DNA of 57,672 nucleotides from Chryseobacterium gleum (GCA_945870885.1 CAMBTR010000001.1:1-57672), one strand, 5' to 3'; positions 1 through 8,815 are shown, numbered from the stretch's first letter. The notes: generated from the sequence alone by a model not told the origin. Program-made: numbers and translations.

Positions 1-195
1 CCGATCCTCAAGCCAGGCATGATTTTTACGATCGAGCCGATGATAAATGCGGGTAAGGCTAGAGCGAAAGTGGATAGGAAAGATGGTTGGACAGCCAGAA
101 CGATTGACGGGAAATTGAGTGCGCAATTTGAACATACCATTCTGATTACAGAAACTGGGTATGAAGCGCTAACCGATGTTTATCACGAGTTCTGA
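1..195 (+). CDS. map: methionine aminopeptidase type I, C-terminal fragment (5' end lies outside the window)
   Basis: Frame 1 is open from base 1 to the TGA at 193-195. It reads [18 protein letters not shown]...[31 protein letters not shown], the conserved MetAP-I C-terminal region (FTIEP, SAQFEHT). It is absent from the ORF track because it has no start in the window. Its stop overlaps the next ATG (TGATG). Confidence 0.85.
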   Translation, partial: PILKPGMIFTIEPMINAGKARAKVDRKDGWTARTIDGKLSAQFEHTILITETGYEALTDVYHEF

Positions 196-1031
196 TGAGG
201 GTTTTACCAATTCATACTGGAAACTTCAAATTGGATGGCGGTGCCATGTTTGGCGTTGTCCCAAAAGTGATCTGGAATAAACTTGTACCGGCAAATGAGA
301 ATAATCTTTGTAATTGGTCGATGCGATGCTTGCTCGTAGAAATTGAAGACAGGAAAATATTGATCGATACGGGCATCGGTAACAAGCAAAGTGAAAAGTT
401 TTATGGGCATTACGATTTAAATGGCGAGGATAGTTTGATGGGTTCTCTCTCGTCCCACGGTATTTCGGCCGATCAAATTACCGATGTTTTGCTCACGCAT
501 TTACACTTTGATCACTGTGGCGGTGCGATAATCAAGCGAGATGATGCGTTGATACCTCAATTTCCCAATGCAATCTACCATCTAACAGAATCCCATTGGA
601 ATCATGCAAATAATCCCAACGACAGAGAACGGGCTTCTTTCTTACCTGAGAATTTTCTGCTTTTGAAAGAACTGGGACTTTTGAATTTCGTTATCGAGGG
701 TGATATGATTGCGGATTGCATCGAAATAAAAGTATTCAATGGTCACACTTTTGGTATGATCGCACCAATTATTCATTGGGGTGCAACAAAATTGATGTAC
801 ATGGCCGATTTGATTCCAGCAGCGGCACATATTCCCGTGAATTATGTAATGGGCTACGATATTCAACCCTTGATAACGATGGAGGAAAAGAAATCACTAC
901 TTCCTTGGCTAGAATCAGAGCAAGTGTGGCTCATTTTTGAGCACGATGCTAACTTCTGCAGAGCGCAAGTACAACAAAACGATAGAGGTCAGTTCAAGGC
1001 GATAAATGCCACTGAGGATTGGTTTGACTAA
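195..1031 (+). CDS. MBL-fold metallo-hydrolase
   Basis: 278-aa ORF with an ATG start. It has the metallo-beta-lactamase signature LTHLHFDHCGG (HxHxDH) and a later H-rich ligand region (NGHTFG). Confidence 0.8.
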   Translation: MRVLPIHTGNFKLDGGAMFGVVPKVIWNKLVPANENNLCNWSMRCLLVEIEDRKILIDTGIGNKQSEKFYGHYDLNGEDSLMGSLSSHGISADQITDVLLTHLHFDHCGGAIIKRDDALIPQFPNAIYHLTESHWNHANNPNDRERASFLPENFLLLKELGLLNFVIEGDMIADCIEIKVFNGHTFGMIAPIIHWGATKLMYMADLIPAAAHIPVNYVMGYDIQPLITMEEKKSLLPWLESEQVWLIFEHDANFCRAQVQQNDRGQFKAINATEDWFD

Positions 1032-1036
1032 GCGAC

Positions 1037-3829
1037 TTACTCCAAACCGTATTTCTTTGTATCCAAAGGTTTTCCTGTAATTTCTTCGTAGATCATCATA
1101 ACGGCCTGAACCGCGGTTTGGAAGTCGTTTTGATTGGATGCACTTCCCAATGTCGATGCTTGTAACCAAATATTATAATTGCTAGCATCTTTCATCATTT
1201 GATAGGCTTGTGAACCTAAATCGTAAACCCTGTAATCCATTGGATTCATAGCAACTGCATTCTTTAACGTTTCGATTCCTGCTGCGATATCACCCTTACT
1301 CATTTGTGCTTGGGCTTTCATGATGAACCCTTCGCCATCGCGAGGACGAGATTCAAGATATTGAGAAATCACTTCGATGGCTTCATCGTATCGTTTAACA
1401 TTCATCAAATATTGGAATTGCGCAAAACACGCTCTACTGTATTCAGGGTAATATTTCCGTGCTTCTTTAACTGCGAGTATGGCCTTTTCGATATTGCCCA
1501 TGCCAATGTAAGCAGAGGATAGGTAGAATCGCACTTCAGAGCGCGCAGGATCGATCTTTAAGTAATTTTCAAGCAAAGAGGCAGCCTGAGCGTAAGCAGT
1601 GTCTTTTTCGATGGCTTTGATGCCTTTAAAGTCGTCGTGACTTGGGCGTTCGATAACCAATCCCGCTGGAACACCATCTACCATTTGCTGATAAACTGTG
1701 CCTTTTGGTGGGAATTCACCTGAGTTTAATCGCGATTTATCAAAATAGGCATTGTAAAATATGCAATAGTCCCAATCTTTTGAACTTCGATCATCGAATC
1801 TTGAGTACCCAACGTGTACGTTTTTGTCGTTTCTGCAGTAATACTTCACATGATCCATTCCGTAAGTAAGAACTTCGTATTTCTTCTCAGGATGTTTCCG
1901 TGCTACATTTTCTAGAAACCACTCTGCACTTGGACGCAAACTAGCCAAGTAATAGTCCATCTCATATTCGCCATAAGCTTTTGCCGTACCGCCATAAATT
2001 TCGTTGAAGTAACTGTAGCTCACGGGGTGGTTGGCCAAAATAAATTTGGTTGGCATCGCAAGTAAAGCAAGTGCAATCACAGTGGGCAGTAATTGTAATT
2101 TCTTATTCAATCTAGAAAGTAAATCGCCGAACCACTGATATCCAATCACAGCAATAGTGACAAAACAGGGTAGGGTGAACAGAATTTGTCGGATCCCTCC
2201 GTAAACTTGAGATTTTTGAATGTATATATAAACAATTGGGAAAATTGCGGCAAACAAAATCAAGAAAATTTCATTCGTGAAGCGCTTGCGATTCGTATAG
2301 ACCAACAGCGCAAAACAACCCAGTCCGAACATAACGGCCATCGGCGTAGTAATCAAAAGGTATTTCCTTAGGTAATACAAAGGCAGCATGTCTGAGTCGT
2401 ATAGCTTCCCTTCAAATAACTGTCGCAATGAAACCGAATAGTTTGTAAACTCTTTTAACGCCTCCAATGGATTGGTAAATGGTTGGTCAATACCATAGGG
2501 CCATGGTGAAATTCCTAACAGATAACTACCGAGCCCAATGGTGATAGTCGCAATAAACAGAGCTCCGAACCCCTTCCATTTAAGCGATGTGAATTGTTTG
2601 AAACCGATGTGCTCTATGAATTTTAATCCGGCATACATAATAAAGAAGGCAACAGATAGTAGACCTCCAATACGAACGCTAATACCCAAGGCTGTACTTA
2701 AAACCAATCCCAACGCAGCATTCCATCGGAAATGAGGCCAATTTTGGAACATTCTGATGGCGTAGTATAAGCTCATGATATAACCAAGCGCAAAAGGAAC
2801 ATCCTTCGGGTTATTCATCGCCTCTCCAAAGAACCTAGGCATCAAAAGCATCAACAAAAACGACAGCCATGCAAACGCCCAACTGCCTTGGGTTAATCGA
2901 CGAACAACCAATGCGGTAAAAAGAATACACAAAAATCCGAATATCGAATTCCACCAATGACGGAATTGCATTTGATCATCAACCCCAAGATAATACCCTA
3001 AAATTGTGGTGAAAGTATCAAAGCTAGAACCGTAAACGTGCATCACACGATCGGGATCTTTAATGGTTGCCACTCCAGCGCCCATGGTTGGGAATGCTTT
3101 CGCTAATGTGGGCATGCGCTGACCTTTTAGTTCGTTAGTGTCGATAGGTATAGCCTCGCCAATTGATTCTAGATAATAATTGGCTATCAGTTTGGAATAG
3201 GTGTATTGAGTGAATTCATCCCCAGAAATACTGGCGGTTTTGCTCATTTGGGTCATGAAAACCAATGAAAACAAGGAGATTAACAAAAACACCCAACGAT
3301 GGATGTTCCTATTGACTGTGATGAAATAACTACCCGCCATTTTCCATTTTTGGGTTAGGATGCTCAAGGCCGACATAGGCGTGGCTTGAACCGGCAATTC
3401 CAAAGATTGTTCTAGCGTTGTGGTTTTATTGCACAAATAAACCAATCCAGCCATTGAGTCAACCTGATTGACTTCGGATGCTATTTGAACAAGACAATCA
3501 GAAGTGATAATTATAAATTTGCTTTGATAATCAGCCGCGGTAAGACCAAATACTGACTCCGTAAGTCTCTTGTTTTTTACTTGAGGCTTAGCGATAAGAT
3601 ATCCTTTGTTCTTTAAAGAAATTAAAGACAAACCTTGGTTGATGTCGGATGATTTAGGTGCAACAGTCCCCGGGTAAATCACCAATGTGTGTTTTTCCTC
3701 TGTGTATGTGATGATTTGTCCCTGATTTGTCTTGCACATCTCGATGAAATCATTCAACGAAATGGGTAAAAAGGGTAGTGAAGACTGGGTGTTGTTTGAT
3801 GCGTTATTCGTAGAAACTTGCTTTGCCAT
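1037..3829 (-). CDS. GT-C fold membrane glycosyltransferase (PMT/ArnT-like, GT39-type) with an N-terminal soluble domain and C-terminal TPR repeats
   Basis: 930-aa ORF with an ATG start. About 175 N-terminal residues lack hydrophobic segments. About 11 hydrophobic helices follow, with an SGDEF (DE-type) motif in the first loop, as in GT-C enzymes. The C-terminal ~200 aa show TPR-like Ala/Tyr periodicity (SSAYIGMGNIEKAILAVKEARKYYP...). Confidence 0.55.
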   Translation of the reverse strand: MAKQVSTNNASNNTQSSLPFLPISLNDFIEMCKTNQGQIITYTEEKHTLVIYPGTVAPKSSDINQGLSLISLKNKGYLIAKPQVKNKRLTESVFGLTAADYQSKFIIITSDCLVQIASEVNQVDSMAGLVYLCNKTTTLEQSLELPVQATPMSALSILTQKWKMAGSYFITVNRNIHRWVFLLISLFSLVFMTQMSKTASISGDEFTQYTYSKLIANYYLESIGEAIPIDTNELKGQRMPTLAKAFPTMGAGVATIKDPDRVMHVYGSSFDTFTTILGYYLGVDDQMQFRHWWNSIFGFLCILFTALVVRRLTQGSWAFAWLSFLLMLLMPRFFGEAMNNPKDVPFALGYIMSLYYAIRMFQNWPHFRWNAALGLVLSTALGISVRIGGLLSVAFFIMYAGLKFIEHIGFKQFTSLKWKGFGALFIATITIGLGSYLLGISPWPYGIDQPFTNPLEALKEFTNYSVSLRQLFEGKLYDSDMLPLYYLRKYLLITTPMAVMFGLGCFALLVYTNRKRFTNEIFLILFAAIFPIVYIYIQKSQVYGGIRQILFTLPCFVTIAVIGYQWFGDLLSRLNKKLQLLPTVIALALLAMPTKFILANHPVSYSYFNEIYGGTAKAYGEYEMDYYLASLRPSAEWFLENVARKHPEKKYEVLTYGMDHVKYYCRNDKNVHVGYSRFDDRSSKDWDYCIFYNAYFDKSRLNSGEFPPKGTVYQQMVDGVPAGLVIERPSHDDFKGIKAIEKDTAYAQAASLLENYLKIDPARSEVRFYLSSAYIGMGNIEKAILAVKEARKYYPEYSRACFAQFQYLMNVKRYDEAIEVISQYLESRPRDGEGFIMKAQAQMSKGDIAAGIETLKNAVAMNPMDYRVYDLGSQAYQMMKDASNYNIWLQASTLGSASNQNDFQTAVQAVMMIYEEITGKPLDTKKYGLE

Positions 3830-3837
3830 ACGTTTAG

Positions 3838-3845
3838 CAAACCTA
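3838..3845 (-). promoter_or_regulatory. candidate Bacteroidota -7 promoter box (TAGGTTTG on the minus strand) for the GT-C gene
   Basis: The plus strand reads CAAACCTA, so the minus strand reads TAggTTTG and matches TAnnTTTG. It lies 8 nt upstream of the ATG at 3829. Confidence 0.35.
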
Positions 3846-3960
3846 CAAGAAAAATTAATTCAATGTTTGCAGAATTTGCAAAAAGCAATAGAGTAATTAT
3901 TTAAAGTTTGAAATTATCGCAAAAAGGCAGAAAATATTGTCAAGTTTGAGGTTTATTACA

Positions 3961-3968
3961 TATTTTTG
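3961..3968 (+). promoter_or_regulatory. candidate -7 promoter box (TATTTTTG) for rpsA
   Basis: Exact match to TAnnTTTG. It overlaps the TTG start given by the ORF track at 3966, which argues that 3966 is not the real start. Confidence 0.45.
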
Positions 3969-3980
3969 CCGCCCGATCAA

Positions 3981-3986
3981 AGGAGG
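3981..3986 (+). promoter_or_regulatory. Shine-Dalgarno-like AGGAGG upstream of the rpsA TTG start
   Basis: AAAGGAGGA at 3979-3987 lies 9 nt upstream of the in-frame TTG at 3996. Confidence 0.5.
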
Positions 3987-3995
3987 AACTATTTC

Positions 3996-6164
3996 TTGAC
4001 AAACGAAAAAAACGAACAAGCCACAGACGAAACCGTAGAAGTTTCAACGGCTAAACCCACCAAAACAGCCGCCGCTGCCACTGCCCATGATGATTTTGAC
4101 TGGAGTGCAGACGATGCCGGATTCGAGACTTACTCGAACGATGAGCGCAAGCGCTTAGAAGTATCTTACAACTCAACTTTCCAACCCGTTGTTGAAAAAC
4201 AAGTGGTTAAAGGCGTTGTTGTTGGAATGAACGAAAAAGATGTTGTAGTAAACATTGGATTCAAAAGTGACGGACTTGTACCACGTACAGAATTCCGCGA
4301 CATGCCAGAATTGGCGTTGGGCGATTCGGTAGAAGTATTTGTTGACATTGCTGAAGACAAATTGGGTCAGTTGATTCTTAGCCGCAAAAAAGCATTGCAA
4401 GAAACGGCTTGGGAGAAAATTGTTGAAGCTCATAACAACGACACAATCGTTACTGGATTTGTTCGCTCTAGAACAAAAGGTGGATTGGTAGTAGATGTAT
4501 TTAGTTTTGATACATTCTTACCTGGATCTCAAATTGATACAAAGCCAGTGCGTGATTACGACCAATACGTTGGTAAAAACATGGATTTCAAAATCGTTAA
4601 GATTAATGAAATCTATAAAAACGTAGTTGTTTCTCACAAGGCGTTGATTGAAGATGATATTGAAGCACAGAAATCTGTGATTTTGTCTAAGTTGGAAAAA
4701 GGACAAGTATTGGAAGGTGTTGTTAAAAACATGACCTCTTTCGGTGTATTTGTTGACTTAGGTGGAATTGATGGTTTGTTGCACATTACTGATATTTCAT
4801 GGGGACGTATTAACCACCCAGAAGAAGTATTGAAATTAGATGATCGTATCCAAGTCGTTATTTTGGATTATGATGATTTGAAGAAACGTATATCTTTAGG
4901 ATTGAAGCAATTGACATCCCACCCATGGGATAATTTGACTGCTGATATCGAAGAAGGTACTCATGTAACAGGTAAAGTTGTTTCGGTTGCTGATTACGGT
5001 GCATTCATTGAAATTAAGCCAGGTGTTGAAGGTTTGGTTCACGTAAGTGAAATGAGCTGGAGTTCACATTTGCGCAATCCTTCAGAGTATTTGAAGGTGG
5101 GCGACGAAGTGAACGCTTTGGTGTTGTCGATGGATAGGTCTGAGCACAAGATGAGTTTGGGAATCAAACAATTGACTCAAGATCCTTGGATCGAAATTGA
5201 AAGCAAGTATTCTTTGGGTAGCAAGCATTCAGGTATTGTTAAAAACTTGACATCTTATGGCCTATTCCTAGAATTGGAAGAAGGTATTGATGGTTTGGTT
5301 CACGTATCTGATTTGAGCTGGAATAAGAAAATCAAGCACCCAAGTGAATTCACTAAGAAAGGTGATAAGTTGGATGTGATTGTATTGGAAGTGGATAAAG
5401 ACAACCGCCGTTTGAGCTTAGGTCATAAGCAATTGGAAGAGAATCCTTGGGAAACCTTTGAAACCATCTTCTCAATTGGATCAATTCATGAAGGAACCGT
5501 TATGTCTGTTAACGACAAAGGCGCGACCATTCAATTGCAATATGGAGTTGAAGCATTTGCACCTTCACGTCATATCAAAAAGGCCGACAACAAAACAATG
5601 GCGGATGACGAAACTTTAGAATTTGAAGTAATCGAATTCTCTAAAGATGCCAAACGTATCATTGTTTCGCATACCAACATTTGGAAAGGTGCAGAGCGCG
5701 CAATCAAAGAAGCAGATAATACTTCTAAAGATAAGGCTCGTAAGAACGTTGCTAAGGTTGTTAAGAAAACGAATCAATCTTCAGAAAAGTCTACATTTGG
5801 TGAGTTGGACGCATTAACCGCTTTGCGTGCTCAATTTGAGAAGCAAGAGAAAGGTGTTGCAAAAGACAAGGCAGACAAAGCAGAAGCCGTGAAGGTTGAA
5901 GCCGCTGCTACCAAAGCAAAAGAGGAAGCTGCTGCTGAGAAAAAAGAAAAAGCACCAAAGGCGGATGTTAGCACTGCTGCAACCTTAAAGTCATTGTCTG
6001 GAGTAGGTCCAGCTATGGAAAAAAGGATGAACGCTTTGGGTGTGAACTCAGTTGACGATTTGAAAGCGTTATCAGAAGATAAAATTACTTCTATGACCGC
6101 TGAAGATGCTAAAATTTCTGCTGATCAGTGGAACAAATGGATTGAAGAATCCAATTCTTTGTAA
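3996..6164 (+). CDS. rpsA: 30S ribosomal protein S1 (six S1 domains) with an extended C-terminal tail
   Basis: Repeated S1/OB motifs are present (G.V..v...G..V.lg..dGllH.S...W). The N-terminus has the DFDW...YS..ER pattern typical of Bacteroidota S1. There is no in-frame ATG before the first S1 domain, so I call the TTG at 3996 (MTNEKNEQ...), downstream of the -7 box and SD. The start is less certain than the gene identity. Confidence 0.9.
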   Translation: MTNEKNEQATDETVEVSTAKPTKTAAAATAHDDFDWSADDAGFETYSNDERKRLEVSYNSTFQPVVEKQVVKGVVVGMNEKDVVVNIGFKSDGLVPRTEFRDMPELALGDSVEVFVDIAEDKLGQLILSRKKALQETAWEKIVEAHNNDTIVTGFVRSRTKGGLVVDVFSFDTFLPGSQIDTKPVRDYDQYVGKNMDFKIVKINEIYKNVVVSHKALIEDDIEAQKSVILSKLEKGQVLEGVVKNMTSFGVFVDLGGIDGLLHITDISWGRINHPEEVLKLDDRIQVVILDYDDLKKRISLGLKQLTSHPWDNLTADIEEGTHVTGKVVSVADYGAFIEIKPGVEGLVHVSEMSWSSHLRNPSEYLKVGDEVNALVLSMDRSEHKMSLGIKQLTQDPWIEIESKYSLGSKHSGIVKNLTSYGLFLELEEGIDGLVHVSDLSWNKKIKHPSEFTKKGDKLDVIVLEVDKDNRRLSLGHKQLEENPWETFETIFSIGSIHEGTVMSVNDKGATIQLQYGVEAFAPSRHIKKADNKTMADDETLEFEVIEFSKDAKRIIVSHTNIWKGAERAIKEADNTSKDKARKNVAKVVKKTNQSSEKSTFGELDALTALRAQFEKQEKGVAKDKADKAEAVKVEAAATKAKEEAAAEKKEKAPKADVSTAATLKSLSGVGPAMEKRMNALGVNSVDDLKALSEDKITSMTAEDAKISADQWNKWIEESNSL

Positions 6165-6183
6165 AAAATTAAAAACTCATAGG

Positions 6184-6216
6184 AAAAGCCTCGCTTCGGC
6201 GGGGCTTTTCTTTTTT
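6184..6216 (+). terminator. Rho-independent terminator after rpsA
   Basis: AAAAGCCTCGC-TTCG-GCGGGGCTTTT hairpin (UUCG tetraloop, one G:U pair) followed by TTTTCTTTTTT. Confidence 0.8.
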
Positions 6217-6222
6217 ATAAAT

Positions 6223-6230
6223 TAACTTTG
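6223..6230 (+). promoter_or_regulatory. candidate -7 promoter box (TAACTTTG)
   Basis: Exact TAnnTTTG match 7 nt upstream of the ATG at 6238. Confidence 0.4.
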
Positions 6231-6237
6231 TATCCTA

Positions 6238-6903
6238 ATGACCGAACAACTCATAGCCGCTTTTATTATTAGCGTACTGCACGGTTTCATACCCGGTCAT
6301 TGGTTGCCTTTTTTGGCTTTGGCGAAGAAAATGGGATGGAGTAAATCAATAACACTTAGATATACCGGCCTTGCTGCAATTGCACACGCATTAGGAACGG
6401 TTGGGGTTGGTCTGAGTATCGCTCAAATTACTATGATTGGTTTGCGTGAAAACCCTAATCAAACAGATGGTAGAGGTTTTAGTATTAACGAAATTTCAAT
6501 TATAGGTCACCGGATTCCTTTCGAAACATTCGGCGCTGTGATTATGATATTGCTTGGAATCTATTTTCTGTACAGGCACCACAAACATCACCACTTTCAT
6601 TTTCCAGAAAAAGCGAATGAAACAGAAAGTAGATGGGCATTGGGGACAATTTTATTAGCATTGTTTTTGTCGCCTTGCATGGAAATCGAATGGTATTTTG
6701 TCACTTTAGCCCCTATGGGTTGGACTGTAATTTGGGCATTGGTATTTGTTTATGCGATTACCACCTGGCTCAGTATGATGGGCGGCGTGTGGATTGGCTT
6801 TAAAAGCCTGGAACGATGGAATTCGCATCGTTTAGAACATAGTACAGGATTGATTACTGGAATCGTAATGATTCTTAGCGGTTTGATGTTGATGTTTGGT
6901 TAA
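6238..6903 (+). CDS. RcnA/NicO-like metal (Ni/Co-type) transporter membrane protein with a His-rich loop
   Basis: 221 aa with about 6 hydrophobic helices. The N-terminal LHGFIPGHW resembles the H-x-x-PGH motif of NicO/RcnA-type transporters. The central loop is HHKHHHFHF. Confidence 0.5.
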   Translation: MTEQLIAAFIISVLHGFIPGHWLPFLALAKKMGWSKSITLRYTGLAAIAHALGTVGVGLSIAQITMIGLRENPNQTDGRGFSINEISIIGHRIPFETFGAVIMILLGIYFLYRHHKHHHFHFPEKANETESRWALGTILLALFLSPCMEIEWYFVTLAPMGWTVIWALVFVYAITTWLSMMGGVWIGFKSLERWNSHRLEHSTGLITGIVMILSGLMLMFG

Positions 6904-7633
6904 TACCCAAATAGCGATCGATAATGCCGTGCACAAAATAGAGCAGAGGCAATAGAATGAATGCCATCACCAATTTATAGATGTAATTTAGTGTTCCCAC
7001 TTGCAGCACCCATATCAAATCGTATTTGCCTCCCAGGTAAAAGGCAATAACTAAGACAACATAGCTATCAATAAACTGACTTACAACGGTACTTCCAGTT
7101 GCTCTCAGCCAAATCATTTTATCGCCTGTTTTATCTTTCAATTTGGTGAAAATAAATGCATCAACCATTTGACCGATCACGAATGCCACCAAGGAGCCTA
7201 GGATTATCATTAAGCCCTGACCAAAAACGGCGTTGAATGCATTCTGCATATCATTTAATCCTTGCGTTTGTCCGCTGATATTCCAAAAATCGGCCCCATC
7301 GAGCCACATTGCTACGCGCACCGCTAGAAATGAATAGACGAGTAGACTTGCGGCTATCCACGAAAGTTTTTGAACACCTTTTTTTCCAAAATATTCATTG
7401 ATGATATCGGTGAGAATAAAAACAAAAGGCCATAAGATCACACCGGCGGTCATATCGAAATTGAATTTACCACCAAATATGTTTAATCCCAATGGTTCAA
7501 TACCCAAAGATTTTTCCAATGAGAAGATCTTTGCACCAATAAATTCTGCAACAATGGCATTGGTTAAAAAGACCATCCCTAAAACTAGGAATAGGTTGTT
7601 TTTTCTTGAATTGAAATCTGTTGTCTTTGACAT
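6875..7633 (-). CDS. VUT family (YhhQ/DUF165) queuosine-precursor transporter
   Basis: Polytopic membrane protein with the characteristic C-terminal region ...GSTVVSQFIDSYVVLVIAFYLG.... I prefer the ATG at 7633 (MSKTTDF...) over the ORF-track start at 7708, because a -7 box sits at 7650-7657. Its 3' end overlaps the convergent gene by 29 nt. Confidence 0.7.
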   Translation of the reverse strand: MSKTTDFNSRKNNLFLVLGMVFLTNAIVAEFIGAKIFSLEKSLGIEPLGLNIFGGKFNFDMTAGVILWPFVFILTDIINEYFGKKGVQKLSWIAASLLVYSFLAVRVAMWLDGADFWNISGQTQGLNDMQNAFNAVFGQGLMIILGSLVAFVIGQMVDAFIFTKLKDKTGDKMIWLRATGSTVVSQFIDSYVVLVIAFYLGGKYDLIWVLQVGTLNYIYKLVMAFILLPLLYFVHGIIDRYLGINQTSTSNR

Positions 7634-7649
7634 CGCGATCTTATAATTA

Positions 7650-7657
7650 CAAAAATA
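7650..7657 (-). promoter_or_regulatory. candidate -7 promoter box (TATTTTTG on the minus strand) for the VUT transporter
   Basis: The plus strand reads CAAAAATA. The box lies 16 nt upstream of the ATG at 7633. Confidence 0.4.
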
Positions 7658-7756
7658 ATGGTTTGTTCGTCCTTGTTTATAGACAGCATCTATTTTGTAG
7701 ATATTCATATCCCAATATTCAACAAATTGGATTGATTTTTGAATACTTTTAAAATT

Positions 7757-8815
7757 ATGAAGTTATCAGTTAAAGCCAAGTTTTTGTTAGCCCTAGCCAT
7801 TTTTGGAATCAATGCCAGTAATGCGCAACTTAGCTTCGATCAATTGATGTCGAATGGAGTAAGAGCCGACGAAAAAGGCCAATACGATGAGGCCATAATT
7901 AATTTAAACCTTGCCGTTGATTCGAAGCCTGAAAACGATATGGCTTGGTTAACACGGGGGATCGTTCGGATTCATATGTCGGACTTTAGTTCTGCTGTAG
8001 TAGATTTCAATAAGGCGATTTACCTCAATCCTGCACGACCTAAAACGTATCTGTATCGCTACATCGCATATTCGCGTACCGAAAATTATCAATTTGCATT
8101 TGGGGACATCAATCACTATTTGGGCTTGGCTCCATCGGATACGTTGGGTAGGGTATATCGTTTAGAAATTTCCTTAAAATTAAAGGAGTATGAAGCGGTG
8201 TATGAAGATATGTTGTGGCTTTATAGGACTATGGGCGATTTGTTTTTAAGAGATTATTTACCCATCCTAAGTATTCATTTTGACGCCTCAAAAAAGTACG
8301 CGGATTTTCAAAAGATTCTACTTGGATTAAAGCAAATCAGTCCCAGCGAAGCCTTAATTAGCGAGTCTTTGATTCAAAACACTTATCAAATGGGTCAGTT
8401 CGATCTCTGTTTAATGCAGGTTGACGAATCGTTGAAGCAGAACCCTGAGAATCAGAACTTATTAAAATTGAAAGCCGATGCACTCTTTTATTTGAATCGG
8501 ATTGATGAATCGGAATCCATTTATCAAATATTATTGTCTGGGTCGCCCAATGATGGCGATCTTATGGCTGATTATGGTCATTGTTTGTTGCAATTGGAGC
8601 GATATAACGATGCCGATGTTTGGCTAAGTAAATCCATAAAAAGCAAGAATTCCACACCCGCCTATGCTTATCTTGGTAGAGGAATCGCTAGGTACAATAT
8701 GGGGAAGATAGGAGTGGCTTGCGCTGATTGGGAGCGCAGTCTTCTGTTGGGCGAAAAATCTGCAACCAAATGGCTCGAAAAACATTGTCAAGAAAACCCA
8801 ACAACGAAAAAATAA
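7757..8815 (+). CDS. secreted TPR-repeat protein
   Basis: The ATG at 7757 gives MKLSVKAKFLLALAIFGINASNAQ, a signal peptide. The ORF-track start at 7739 is a TTG. Multiple TPR-like units are present (AW..RG......dfssAv.DfnkAi.lnP). Confidence 0.7.
   Translation: MKLSVKAKFLLALAIFGINASNAQLSFDQLMSNGVRADEKGQYDEAIINLNLAVDSKPENDMAWLTRGIVRIHMSDFSSAVVDFNKAIYLNPARPKTYLYRYIAYSRTENYQFAFGDINHYLGLAPSDTLGRVYRLEISLKLKEYEAVYEDMLWLYRTMGDLFLRDYLPILSIHFDASKKYADFQKILLGLKQISPSEALISESLIQNTYQMGQFDLCLMQVDESLKQNPENQNLLKLKADALFYLNRIDESESIYQILLSGSPNDGDLMADYGHCLLQLERYNDADVWLSKSIKSKNSTPAYAYLGRGIARYNMGKIGVACADWERSLLLGEKSATKWLEKHCQENPTTKK

Noticed and set aside
3866-3882. Inverted repeat TTTGCA-GAATT-TGCAAA in the divergent promoter region between the GT-C gene and rpsA, as a possible operator.
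   Set aside because: It has only 6-bp arms in AT-rich DNA, which is plausible by chance. The TTTG-containing arms may simply be -33-like promoter elements. There is no adjacent regulator gene. It is worth noting only if conserved in relatives.
7634-7738. Possible preQ1 riboswitch upstream of the YhhQ/VUT queuosine-precursor transporter.
   Set aside because: The -7 box lies only 16 nt from the ATG, which leaves a ~10-nt leader. I see no preQ1-type hairpin or A-rich tail pseudoknot in the upstream 100 nt.
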